Assembly (NCBI RefSeq): GCF_006345805.1
Contig: NC_043000.1
Location: 24,180,001-24,244,000 of the forward strand
From: Octopus sinensis
Lineage: Eukaryota
Reading direction: 5' to 3'
DNA: 64,000 bases
Translations under genes and position numbers: made by a program
Notes under the pieces: model-generated
Seen by the model: the letters and a program-made list of their open reading frames with translations, nothing else
What the model was told of the DNA's origin: nothing
Databases searched by the model: none
Shown here: positions 13,178-26,203 of the stretch, in pieces
How the letters are laid out: every line of letters begins with the position of its first letter
Numbering within the stretch: the stretch's first letter is position 1

Positions 13178-15828
13178 CATATACATACAGATATATGCAC
13201 ATACATATATATACGCACACATATACACATATACACGCACATATAGGAAAGCGGGATGCGCTGGAGCCGACAGGTTGCACCGGGTGGGAGGAAATTGCAT
13301 GGGGGAGTTGGTATAATGACCTAAGCTTTGTAGTATTTGAAAGTATTAATAAGTTTGTGTATACAGGATGGTTTGAACTCTGACCTTTTGTTAATAAGAT
13401 TGTGTTTGTCTTTGAATTTCAAGATGTTCAGGAGTTCTACACAACATAGTTGGCATCCCGCTCTATTATTTAAATAAGGTGCAGCTGATCCGATGATGGA
13501 CCACCTGAGTTTGAAGCCTATGCATTTGTCTTTTAATTCCCAAATTTTTTTAGAAAGGGAGGTGCTGTTAGCCTTATGTCAGTGTTTCAGCGAGGACCGG
13601 TGGTTGTAGTATCTGGATTTCCAGGAGGTTGAGCAACCTATGTAGGTGAGTGTGTTAAACTGGGTACTCACCTCACATGAATATATTACGTTTTTCGCCC
13701 TACATGCGCCCTGTAGCGGACACTCGGATGCACATATGCAGTTGCAGTGCATTGCATTACTCGGTCGTGTGCTGTTAATCCCAGGCGGAGGTGTTGCATT
13801 ACGTGTGGGGGCGTTGATATCCTCCTGGTTGTTGATGGTGTGGTATTGCCTCTGTTGTGTTGGGCGGTGTTATTACTAACTGTTTGGGTAATATGGCTGC
13901 CAGTCTGATTATATTGTCTACTATCTGGATGAGGGGGGTTCGGTTGGTCGCTATAGCTTGCTCTTGATCTAGCTGTTCTAATATTAATATAGTTACGTTT
14001 AGCTATGAGGCAGCTCATGTTGGGCAGGGTAGTGTAGGAAATCCTAATGGTTTTGTTGGAGAAGATACTTCTATACTTATGGGTGGGTGGGAAGTTGTTG
14101 GAAATGATAGAGAATATTCTCTTACATAATTTACCCCTAACTGCTAAGTTGTATGGTATGTTGAACCATATATATTTGCGTAATCTACTATTATCCCTTC
14201 TATTTCTCCTAATAGGATCTATATTGCTCTCGTCGGGAGGGTTACTATTGTGTGCTATTCTATTAGTTCGCCTATTTCCTATACGTTGTTTAGAATTTAA
14301 ATTAGAATTATCGTTAGCATGAGTTGAGTGCGGAGTTCGATTATAATTGGGAGTTTTACAGCCGATGGACGTTCCTGGGTGGTCTACATATGATATTCTC
14401 TGGTTATACCCAGCACTATAGAGAGCCTGGTTGTAGTGTTGTGCGTGATTATTGAAAATCTCTCTATTAGAGGATAGTTTTGTAAGTCTGTCTGAGATGG
14501 CTTGGACTGTGGTGCTAATTATACAGGGTGGATGGTTGGAAGAGGTGTGGATGTATTTGGTAGTTTCTTCGGGTTTCCTATACGGGTGGTGAAGGTGCTT
14601 ATTCAAGTCTAACGTAACATCTAAGAAGTTTACTATTTTAGTATTGGTCATAAATTCTAGTTTAAGATTGAAGGATTTGAAAAAAAGCCTGATCTTTTTC
14701 CTAATTCTTTCTAGTTTACTCCTATTGTTGGTGGGGTATATGAAGAGAGCGTCATCTCTGTATAGACCCCCCTGAAGATCCGGTACCTCGGAGAAAAGCT
14801 TCTTGAGCAGGTAGGTCCTGACCAAGTCAGTCACCTGAGCTGAATCGCTCGAGCCCATAGCCACATCAAAATTATCGGGGGTATCGGATCTGGTCCAAAG
14901 TCTACCGTCGAATTCTATTATGGTTTTTCTGGCTAATAGTATTATGTCAATTTTTTCTCTGTCTATGAGTGAAAGGCTGCGGGCAAATATAAGGGATTTG
15001 TTAAGTAAGATGGGGGATATACTGGCGTAGTAGCTAGCTATGTCGAACTGGATGAATGAGTAGTTGGCTCTGTTGGTGATTGTGTTAAACCATTCTAGCA
15101 CATCGTCGGTGTTAATCCATAGTTGGAGTGGGATGTGGGATTTGATGCGTGGGATCACCTTGTCCAGGATAGTCTTGCTAAGTCTGCCGATATCCGATTT
15201 AGTCGGACAGATTAATCGTACTCCTACATTATCCGGGAAGTCTTTCTTATGGTCTTTAATAGTAATTTTGGGTACCTGTGGTTTGATTGGTTCCTATTTT
15301 TACTTTTTACTTTTATTTCTATTTCTATTTTTACTTTATAACTTTATGTTCATTTATATTTCTTTATATCACCTTTATATCTCCTTATATCTCTTTATAT
15401 CTTTATACTCTACATTTTTATATTTTTCTATACTTACACTTTCTATATATTTTTTATCCTTCGTCCTGAATTCTCCCCCCTCCATCTTCACGTCTATATA
15501 TGTATTTATTTATTTACATTACTTCAACATCCAAATTTCCTCATTCTACATTGAGAGAAGAAAGAGATGGACGCTTCAATTCTATGCTGTTGCCGCATTA
15601 TGTCGTACGCGAATGAGAGGATTTGCATCCCCAACCAAGAATTTTTGATGTAACACATGTCCTTGTGGAAGCTGTTGTGCGCGGCTGAAGAAGGCCACAG
15701 ACATACATTATGCATTGTTATAAAGCTGTCTAATAAAGGCCTGAAACATATGTACCGCTGAATCCTTGGCATCATGTTTTTATTTTGATCAATTTGTTTA
15801 TATATATATATACATGTATATATATAAG

Positions 15829-15869
<41 letters not shown>

Positions 15870-16156
15870 TATATATATATATACATGTATATATATAAGT
15901 ATATATATATATATATGTTTATATATATATATACATGTATATATATATATAGATATACATGTATATATATATTATACATGTATTATATATATATGTATAT
16001 AAGTATGTATATATATTATATATATATATATCTATACATATATATATACATGTATATATATATATACATGTATATATATATATATAATATATATATCTAT
16101 ATATATCCAATACATGTATATATATATGTATATATATAATATACATACTTATATAC

Positions 16157-16187
<31 letters not shown>

Positions 16188-16583
16188 ATATATACATACT
16201 TATATACATATATAATATATATATATGTTTATATATATATAGTACATGTATATATATATATATACATGTAATCTATATATATACATGTAATATATAATAT
16301 ATATGTCTATAAGTATGTATATATATATATATATATATATTACATATATATATACATGTATTGATATATATATATATATATTATATACAAGCATTTATGC
16401 ACACACACACCACATTGCTTACTAACCACATGGTTCCAGGTTCAGTCCAACTGCGTGGCACCTTAGGCAAGTGTCTTCTACTATAGCTTCGGGCCGACCA
16501 AAGCCTTGTAAGTGGATATAATAGACAAAAACTGAAAGAAGCCCATCGTATATGTATGTATATATATATATATGTATGTATAT

Positions 16584-16638
<55 letters not shown>

Positions 16639-19600
16639 ATATTTGTGTGTCTTGTTTGTCCCCCCCAACATCGCTTGACAACCAATGCTGGTGTGTTTAC
16701 GTCCACGTAAATTAGATAGAATAAGTACTAGGCTTACAAAGAATAAGTCCAGGGGTCGATTTGCTCGACTAAAGGCGGTGCTCCAGTATGGACACTGTCA
16801 AAATATTTCCAGTTACATTTATTAAGTGCTATGTTGTTGACTGGATAATCACAACTGGAATGTATTTGTTATTCTGTAACAGAACAGGTATTGAAACAAA
16901 ATTTTAAGATCCATTTTTGTAGCAGCATAATACCTTTTATTTGTTTCAGTCAATGAATTGTGGCCATGCTGGGACTCCACCTTGGAGGGTTCACTAGAAT
17001 TGAATACTTATTCTTTTAAAGTCTGGTACCTGTTGTGTTTTCTGCTCTGCCAAACTTCTAGGTTACAGGTACGGAAATAAACTAACTTCACTTGTCAAGT
17101 GGTGGAGGGGACATATATAAATATCATCATCGTCATCGTTTAACATGTGCTTTCCATGCTGGCATGGGTTGGACGGTTTGAATGAGGACCGGTTTGCTAG
17201 GGAGCTGCACCAGGCTCCAATCTGATTTGGCAATGTTTCTACAGCTGGATGCCCTTCCTAACACCAACCATTCCAAGAGTGTAGTAGGTGCTTTTTATGT
17301 GCCACTGGCATGGGAGCCAGTTAGGTGGAACTGGCATCAGTCATGCTCAAATGGTGCTTTTTACATGTCACTGGCACGGATGCCAGTCAGGCGGCACTGG
17401 CATTGGCTGACTGGCACCCATCCATCTATCAAACTCACTTACAAGACAACATTCAGCCAGGCAGGAAATAAAGTACTGGAAATCATTAAGCCAAATGTAT
17501 TTCTTTAGCTGCTCATTCAACACAGAAATATATCTCACTCGAGCCCCGTGCTAGTAGGGTGTTATGAGCATCATCCGAGCGTGATTGTTGCCAGAGCAGC
17601 TATCTGGCCTCCGAGCCGGTGGCACATAAAAGGCACCATTCAAGCATGATTGTTACCAGCATCGCCTTACTGGCACCTGTGCCGGTGGCATGTGTAAAAG
17701 GTTCGAGCAAGGTTGTTGCCAGTACTGCCTGACTGGCCCTGTGCCGGTGGCACGTAAAAAGCACCCACTACACACTCGGAGTGGTTTGCGTTAGGAAGGG
17801 CATCCAGCTGTAGAAACTCTGCCAGATCAAGATTGAAGCCTGGTGCAGCCATCTGGTTCGCCAGCCCTCTGTCAAATCGTCCAACCCCTGCTAACATGGA
17901 AAGCAGACGTTAAAGGATGATGATGATGATGATTAAACAGTTATTGTTATATGCAATTTTTGGAATATCAGATAATAAAGTTGTTGAATGTTTTCACACT
18001 TCATTCCCATTGCAAGCAACACAGGAGAAACTCTTTCCAATATTGTCTTGAAATTCTTTGAACAAATTGGAATTGTACATTATTTACATTTGATGGATAT
18101 TTGTCCTCATCTTGTTTGTTGTTAACACAACGTTTCGGCTGATATACCCTCCAGCCTTCATCAGGTGTCTTGGGGAAATTTCGAACCTGGGTTCTCATTC
18201 CTAAGGTAATTTTTGGGATATTATTATTATTATCATTCTTATTCAGGTCACTGCATGGAATCGAACTCGGAATCTTGAAGTTAGCAGCCGGCGCTCTTAA
18301 CCACTACGCCATATGCCCATGGACAAATATCCGTGAAGTGTAAATAATTCCTCATCTCTTAAATATAGAACTGTTTAGGGAGTTGTTTTGGACTCCAGAA
18401 TACCAGACATTTCCATTGCCAAAGGTTCAAAAAGAAAACTATTGGCGCACAGCTAGTTCTCTGTCAGCTGGCATTCCTTTGACCTGTCAAGTAGCAAAGT
18501 CTGGAACTGATGATGATTTCAACAGGTTGCTACTGAAGAAAGTATGACTGCAGGTCACCGCCAGATTAGAGAATTACCATCTTTTAAATACGGACTGTCC
18601 TGTATTAATACCATAGTAAGACGAAAGTAAAGAATACGTACATCCGGTGTTTAGTGGAGCTAGGATTTTTGCTACGCCGAAAACGGGTGGTGTACGTATT
18701 TTTTACCTCCGCCCCATAGTAATTATTATTCATAATGACTTAGAAAACAAATTGCAAACACAGCTTTTAATACATTATTAAGGTGTTGAACCAGCGGAGA
18801 CGTTAGCACGCCGGAAAAAATGTTTAGTGACATTTTGTTCGTCTGTACATTTTGACTTCGAATTCCGCCGAAGTCGACTTTGCTTTTCATCCTTTCGTGG
18901 GGTCGACAAAGTAAGTACCAGTTATGCCCTGGTGTCGATGTAATCGACTTATCCCTCCCGAAATTGCAGGCCTTATGCCAACATTTCAAACCAATATATT
19001 TGCCAGTTGCGTCATTTTTCAATGTTGGCCCAAGGTTAGCACTATACTGTTTATAATCAATTAACTTTTGGCTGTGATTCGAGAATCAAGACTTTCTTAA
19101 TTACAGGAGTAAATGAGTGTGCTGACTCAGTGCACCAGAAAGGTACTTTACTTTCTTTAATGGACATAAATAATTACATTTGGAATTAATGAGTTTAGAC
19201 GACTAAAATCTTCAGAATTGAACTGGAACGGAAGAAAAGTAGGCCTTGTGTCCACGCTTTTGGTTACTTTTCCCTTCTATATTGCTCCTAAAATCTACAC
19301 TTTTCGCTGTCTTGTAGCCTTCAGATAACGGTATGTTATTATTTATTATTGTTTATTATTATTATTTTTTTTCTTCTTAATGTAAAATCTTGTGGTTAAT
19401 AAATTATCATTATTTAAAAGAAATCATAATTATTAAGGCGGCGAGCTGGCAGAATCGTTAGCACGCCGGGTGAAATGCTCAGCGGTATTTCGTCTGCCGC
19501 TACGTTCTGAGTTCAAATTCCGCCGTGGTCGACTTTGCCTTTCATCCTTTCGGAATCCCCCTCCCAAATTTCAGGCCTTGTGCCTATAGAAGAAAGGATT

Positions 19601-22600
19601 ATTATTATTGCGGCGAGCTGGCAGAATCGTTAGCACGCTGGGTGAAATGCTCAGCATGCTAACGATTTTGCGGTATTTCGCACATCGCTTCGTTCTGAGT
19701 TCAAATTCCGCCGAGGTCGACTTTGCCTTTTTATCCTTTCATCCCCTCTCCAAAAATTTCGGGCCTTGTGCCTAGAGTAGAAAAGAATATTTGGCTATTT
19801 GGTGGCGAGCTTGCAGAATAGTTAGCGTGCCGAAAGAAACTGTAAGAAATGTGTGGATATAGTATTGACCCACCAGGAGTAAGGGTGGAATTGAAAGAGT
19901 TGCCACCAGTAGTGGATTTAATAGAAATTGAACCATTGATGAAGTACTATTAAAATGAAAATAAGTATGTTAAATTGACAGAAAAAGAAAAAGGAGGAAA
20001 AAAAGAAAGAGTAAAGTGTTTATGTTTAAAAAAATATCGAAAAATAGAAGAACAATTGTAGAGAATGTATATAACGGTTCAAATACTTGCAATGGTATGT
20101 AATACGATAATTGTTATGTAAATACATGATAAAATGGACTGTTAAAAATATTAATGGTACTGCATGTGATGAGGGGCGCATGCAGCCATTCATAACCTCA
20201 TTGTTATATAATCATTTCATTCATATTCGTTTTATGTATTGTCCTCTCTGTGGTGTCCTGTGCCCCCTCTATTTTGGGCCCTTGTGGCTAATAAAGAAAC
20301 AGAATAGTTAGCGTGCCGAATAAAATCCTTTGCGGCATTTCGTCCGTCTTTATGTTCTGAGCTCAAATTCCGCCCTGGTCGATTTTGCTTTGCATTCCTT
20401 TTAGGGGTTGATAAAATAAGTACCAGTTGAGCACTGGGGTCAGTGTAATCGACTTAACCCTTCCCCAAAATTTCAGGCCTTCTGCCTATGGTAGGAAGGA
20501 TTTAAAAAAAATTAAAGATTCTTAGTTGATGTAACTAACCGATATAATTTTGAAACTGTACGATGAGAACAATTTGTTTCTTAACCTAGTGAAACGATGT
20601 TAATGTAATTCAAGTTGAAAATTAAATTGTTTATATTTCATTTTCGTATTTACTCCTGATGTGAATTTGTGTGTTGAAGCAAATCTTGTGTCTCTAATGA
20701 CCATATCAAAACAGTAAAAAGTAAATTGTTTATATCTCAGCGTGAAAAATATGAGGATTTGAACCGGTCCCTTACTTGAAAGAGCAAGAAGAATATGCTA
20801 AGGGTAAAGGCAATTTTACTAAACTACTTTTTTTATGTTTGAAGACACATCTAAGGTTAATTTGAGAATATTATCAAAATTTTAAAGAAGATTAAGTTCC
20901 TTGAAAAAGAAGCAAATTTGCAAAAGTAAATAAGAAAATCGTAAAAGGTGTAAAAAAAAATAAAAAAGAAGTCAGTGAATATAGAAGGTGTTTGTCCAAA
21001 ACTGTAGGTTTGTAAGTCCTTAATTTATTTTGAGGGAAATCCAAAATTTTGAGTCGCAATCCAAAAACCTTCTTTGCCCATGTCCAACGGAATTGCCGCT
21101 TGAACAACCAAATTGCAACGTTGGTAGACTCAACAGGCGTATCGATTGAGGACCCTTATCAACAGAGTCAGTTATTTGCCGAGGCCTTTTCAACTATTTT
21201 CAGACAAGATGATGGTCGTGAACGTCCTCCATTTGATAGATCGGTACGTCCAATGCTTAGATTGGTCATGACGCGGGACGAAGTCGAACGCGTTATTCAA
21301 GGCCTCGATGTCAACAAGGGTCACGGTCCTGACGGCATACGCCCACAGGTTATCAAAGCGTTGGCTCCGGTCATCTGCGAGCCTTTAACACTTCTATTCA
21401 ATATGTCATTGGCGACGGGTGTTATACCTGCGGACTGGAGAACAGCGATAATCTGCCCAATTTTCAAGAAAGGGAGCCGCGAAGACCCGCTTAACTACCG
21501 ACCGGTTTCCCTTACTTCAATAATCAGCAAGATGTTCGGAACCATCCTTAAGAAAAGTATGTTGCTCCACCTCCAAAACACAGCCTCTATCTCTGATTCC
21601 CAACACGGCTTCGTGCCGAAGAGATCATGCTTGACTAACTTACTGGTAATGGAAGAATTGGCGACGCGTATCCTCGATGATGGTGATGCTGTTGACATCG
21701 TTTTATTGGACTTTGCCAAAGCTTTTGACTCGGTAAACCACCGCCTATTACTTGTCAAGCTTCAGGCATATAGTTTCCATCCGGATATTGTACGATGGGT
21801 TGGTGCCTTCCTCTCAGATCGCTCCTTCTAAGTCCAAGTTAATGGTTCGCTGTCCGACGTCTCCAGTGCGAGCAGTGGCGTGCCTCAAGGTTCAGTGCTT
21901 GGCCCTTATTGTTCTTAGTCTTCATAAATGACTTGCCCGACGACCTCACGCAACATACCCTTCTATTTGCCGATGATGTCAAACTGGTCGCTCCTCGCGG
22001 TGATATAGATGATCATCATCGATGCCTCCACCAAGTTTGGAGATGGTCTAACGAATGGGACCTGTGTCTGAACGTGCTGTCATCTGCCTGTTGGCTCTTC
22101 TCCTGCAACTCAACTTGATTTCGAGCCGGGTCGTCTGCTGCTGGAGAGGACCGACCAGGTAAAGGACCTGAGTATCTTGGTGGATTCTTCCTTTTCGCCT
22201 TCGGCCCAGTGCGTCCATGCTGCCAACAAAACACGCGGAGTTCTTTTTCTGATTCGACTGTCATTCGGAATGCTCACAGCAGCCATATTCCTACCGCTCT
22301 ATGTCACACTGGTGAGACCCATATTGGAGTACGGGATTCAAGCCTCTCCTCCTGATCTCCTCAAAGACATACATTATCTCGAAAGAGTCCAGAAGCTGGC
22401 TACCCGCATGGTTCTTGGTCTCAAGCATTTGTCTTGTGAAGAAAGGCTGAAGACGCTCGACCGTTATTCTCTAGAAAAACGACGACGCCGTGGTGATCTC
22501 ATTCTTGCTCATAACATTATAAGCGGAAAGTGTAACCTCTCGAAAGAGCTGTTCTTCACTCCTGCTCCAGAGCGTCGGCTGCGGGGTCACTCTGAAAAGC

Positions 22601-25600
22601 TCTATCTGCGACGATTTCATCTCAATCGAAGGAGAGGGGCTTTCTCCGTCCGGGTTGCAGATCCGTGGAATAAGCTGCCGGACGAAATAGTGAAGATGCC
22701 GACGACCGCTCGGTTCAAAGTCTCCCTTGAACACAAATGGCCTGAACTCTTTGCATGAACACCACCCTGTACATAACTCCATGTCCCCCTACATGGCCTT
22801 GCTTTTTGCTTTTTGAGCCAAAATAACTTAACTATAGAAAATATAGAGCAAGCAAGCACGCTGCCTCTGTTATACATCAAACTTGGGTACACTCACTGGT
22901 ATAGTGTGGGTTTTGAGCCCCTGTACAGCAGCAGCCAAACTGGCTCACCCGACTATGTAAAAGGCTCCTTTGTTATTTCGTGATCAGTAAACCTAACAGA
23001 ATGCTGGGGGGGGGGGAGCATGTAAGTTATAGTTCTATATTTTGATAAACTTGACACAACTAAATTTTGACACAACTAAATTTTGACACAGTGTAGCTTA
23101 TTTATTATTTTTTGTAGCAAACTCATATTCGAACGTAAATACTGTGGAATCCATAGTAAAACCCTAATATAAAAAGAGGCTCAGTTAAGTGTTAGAGATG
23201 CAAATGATGGTCAACCTCATAAATTTGGGATCATTAAAGGAAAAAGGAAACCTTAGGAGGGTGTCTTTCCTGCAGCTGTTAAGTTGCAACTATTTTATTT
23301 CTCTGTTGCCCACAGAGGGATAAACATAGAGGGGACAAACAAGGAAATAGGGATTAAGTCGATTACATCAAGCCCAGTGCGTAACTGGTACTTATTCAAT
23401 TCCGAAAGGATGAACGCCAAAGTGGACCTCGGCGGAATTTGAACTGTAGAACATAGTATTGAAAACATTAACATTGTGTGCAAAACCAGGCCGGTGACCC
23501 TCCTATTTACTGGCGCATCCAGGATGTGGGAGGGTGCAAAGGAGACACAGATTCTGGTGTCCCGGATGAGGGACCTACTTCGTACCCAGGTAGGAAGGGT
23601 AAGATCATCTGATTTTCCCCACTCACTTCTGAATAATTCCGCCAGCTCCAGAACTGAGGAGATGTTAACCCGAGCCACGGCCCAGATCTAGTTAAAAAAA
23701 ATTAATTAAAAAAAATCTGTGATTGAGATGGAATAGATCCCAGGGCCCGCTTAATGATTTGGTTTGCTCGGTGTGACAAGCGAAACTACCAGCATTTAGG
23801 CGACAAGACAAACCACGAAGGCCTGTGGAGTCGAGAGCCTACCACAGCGCATCTCCATTGCACTCAGTTTCTCACAGACGTGGGGTACTGAGTGTAATGG
23901 GATGCGGAGCTTATCCACCAATATTGGCCACAGGCAGGGCATCAACCCAGTCCTCCGAGAATTTCGCACTTACAGAAAGTTGGCGACACCTTGAAAATTG
24001 ATCGGATTCATCAAAGAGAGAGAGTTGAAGGTAGCACCTGAGCGCAGATGGTCCCATATTCTTTGCTTCCGTCTTTCTTCAGCTGTTTCAGGAACTGACA
24101 AACCCAGCTCTCTCTCTACTGTAGCAGAGCTTCATCAATCTCTCTGTTGGAAGTAGTCCATGTTGAAAACAAGATGTTGCCTACTGAAGGGGAGCAAGCG
24201 TGGATGGAAGAAAGAAAACAGGAAAGAGATAGAGACGAGCATTTACGCAAACCTAGACCGATTGGGCAAAACAGCTTGGTGTCAGGCCTCGCTTAATCGT
24301 AAGTACATCATGTTCACTGCACACACACCACCTACAATCAATTAAGAGAATTTATATATTTATTTATTTTTTTATCTTGACCAGACCTCCGTTTTCTTAT
24401 TTACTTTTGTAAATGGGCGTAGGTAAAGAATATGCACATCACCCGTTTTCGGCGTAACAAAAACCCTAACCCCTAGCCCTAACCCTAAACACCGGGTTTT
24501 CCTTTTTTTTTTTTTTTACCTTCGCCTGTAAATGATATTATTTTTTATTGAGTTATTTGCTGATACAGATATAAAAAAAATGAGTTGATTCCATTTTTTG
24601 GTGGAGGTGGGTTCTGAATATAAATACAGTTTCAAATATTGGCATGAAGCTAACAGTTTTGAGGGAGCGGCACAAGTTGATTACATTGCCCCCACTACTT
24701 GAGTGGTACCTTATTTTTAGCGATCCCTAAAAAGATAAAAAGCGAAGTCGATCTCTAGGCCTAAACCGTAAGGTAAAGAGCCGGAAGAAATACCTATTTC
24801 TTTACTACCCACAAGGGGCTAAACACACAGGGGACAAACAAGGACAGATAAACGGATTAAGTCGATTATATCAATCCCAGTGCGTAACTGGTACTTTATT
24901 TATCGACCCCGAAAGGATGAAATGCAAAGTCGACCTCAGCGGAATTTGAACTCAGAACGTAACGGCAGACGAAATACCTATTTATTTATTGCCCACAAGG
25001 GGCTAAACATAGAGGGGACAAACAAGGACAGACATAGGTCTTAAGTCGATTACATCGACCCCAGTGCGTAACCGGTACTTAATTTATCGACCCCGAAAGG
25101 ATGAAAGGCAAAGTCTACCTCGGCGGAATTTGAACTTACAACGTAACGGCAGTCGAAATACGGCTACGCATTTCGCCCGGCGTGCTAACGTTTCTGCCAG
25201 CTCACCGCCATAAAATACCACTGAACAATCATTAAGAAGGGAGACAAATCGTACAACTAAACCTGTAAAACATTATAGACTTAACTTTGAGACGGAGAGG
25301 TTGTTCGTTAAATTTCTTATCAGGTAAATGACACCAAATTACTCTTCACTCATTCATTATAACTCCATTATATCTTTAGTTTTTAAATTAGTGTGTACTT
25401 TGTTTCCATTTTCCTTTCATCTTTTATTTTTGTCTGTCTATCATTCTTTCGTCCTCGTTTTTTTTCTTCTACTTAGGTTATTTTCGTTATTAGTATTAGA
25501 AAGAGTTTCCAGCAGTGCGCTAAAATCTTTCGTAATTAAACACAAGAAATTTAGGTTATTATTTTTGACCTATTATTATCAGAATTAGTTTTAAGTCCAT

Positions 25601-26169
25601 TGATACTACAGACAGCCTTTTTAAGCTAATTAATTAATCAAAACAAGTTACAAAAAAAAACCCAACAAAAAATCAAAGAATACTTTGAGATGAATTTTTT
25701 GGAGAAAAAAATAAAGTTGCCTTCCTTTTGTTTTCAATGGGGAAGGGAAATGGTTCAGAAGTAGTGAGGGGTAAAATTGTAAAAATTTGGGAGAATAATT
25801 GTTTTCATTATCTTAATTTCCATTATATGGCGTGGTTAAGAAGTTTGGTTAATATAGGGCGTAACAAATATCTGATATTTGTTACGCCCTATATTAACCA
25901 GAAGTTTCCCTTCGAATCGGGTTCAGCCCCACTGAGTGACATCTTAGGAAAGTGTCTTCTGCTATAACTCCTTGATCAACAAAGCCTTACGAGTGTATAT
26001 ATATAGCAGATGGAAAAGGGAGAAACGTGTGTGTGATACATATAAAAGTGGACGTTACATACACACACACACAGAGCATAACATTTCATCGCTCTGTTTC
26101 ACGAGTTTTCGCTTTTACGAGCGATCTCCAGGAACAAATTTACTCGTTTATCGAGGAATGACCGTATAT

Positions 26170-26203
<34 letters not shown>

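Larger units (their letters stand above)
11205..15795 (-). mobile_element. Penelope-like retroelement, Naiad/Chlamys-type, 5'-truncated with inverted pLTR; RT + Cys-rich linker + GIY-YIG endonuclease (frameshifted)
   Basis: Minus-strand frame from ~15285 ([67 protein letters not shown]). A shifted frame then gives [48 protein letters not shown] to a stop at ~13323. ~500-bp inverted pLTR arms at 11205-11716 and ~15296-15795, each with an HHR. Confidence 0.9.

Noticed and set aside
13579-13581. In-frame TGA in the PLE endonuclease as selenocysteine (some Naiads encode selenoproteins)
   Set aside because: It sits in SLKH*HK, not at a conserved Cys position; all linker Cys codons are normal TGY; I found no convincing SECIS; the copy also has frameshifts. 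Most likely a nonsense mutation.
14772-14815. CUGAAGA-UCCG..CGGA-GAAAAGCUUC hammerhead-like string antisense to the RT
   Set aside because: Stem I cannot form, and the string lies in RT coding sequence; chance match.
11384-16706. Many Tyr/Ile/His-rich ORFs in the track (here and across the window)
   Set aside because: Translations of (TA)n, (CA)n and (GA)n microsatellites or SINE sequence; no coding evidence.
18244-18318. Functional tRNA gene
   Set aside because: A and B boxes are present, but the acceptor and anticodon stems do not pair; treated as a SINE head. The same applies to the heads of families A, B and D.
24462-24490. CCCTAA-like repeats as an interstitial telomere
   Set aside because: Only about 4 degenerate units, inside an interspersed repeat also seen at ~18630-18715.
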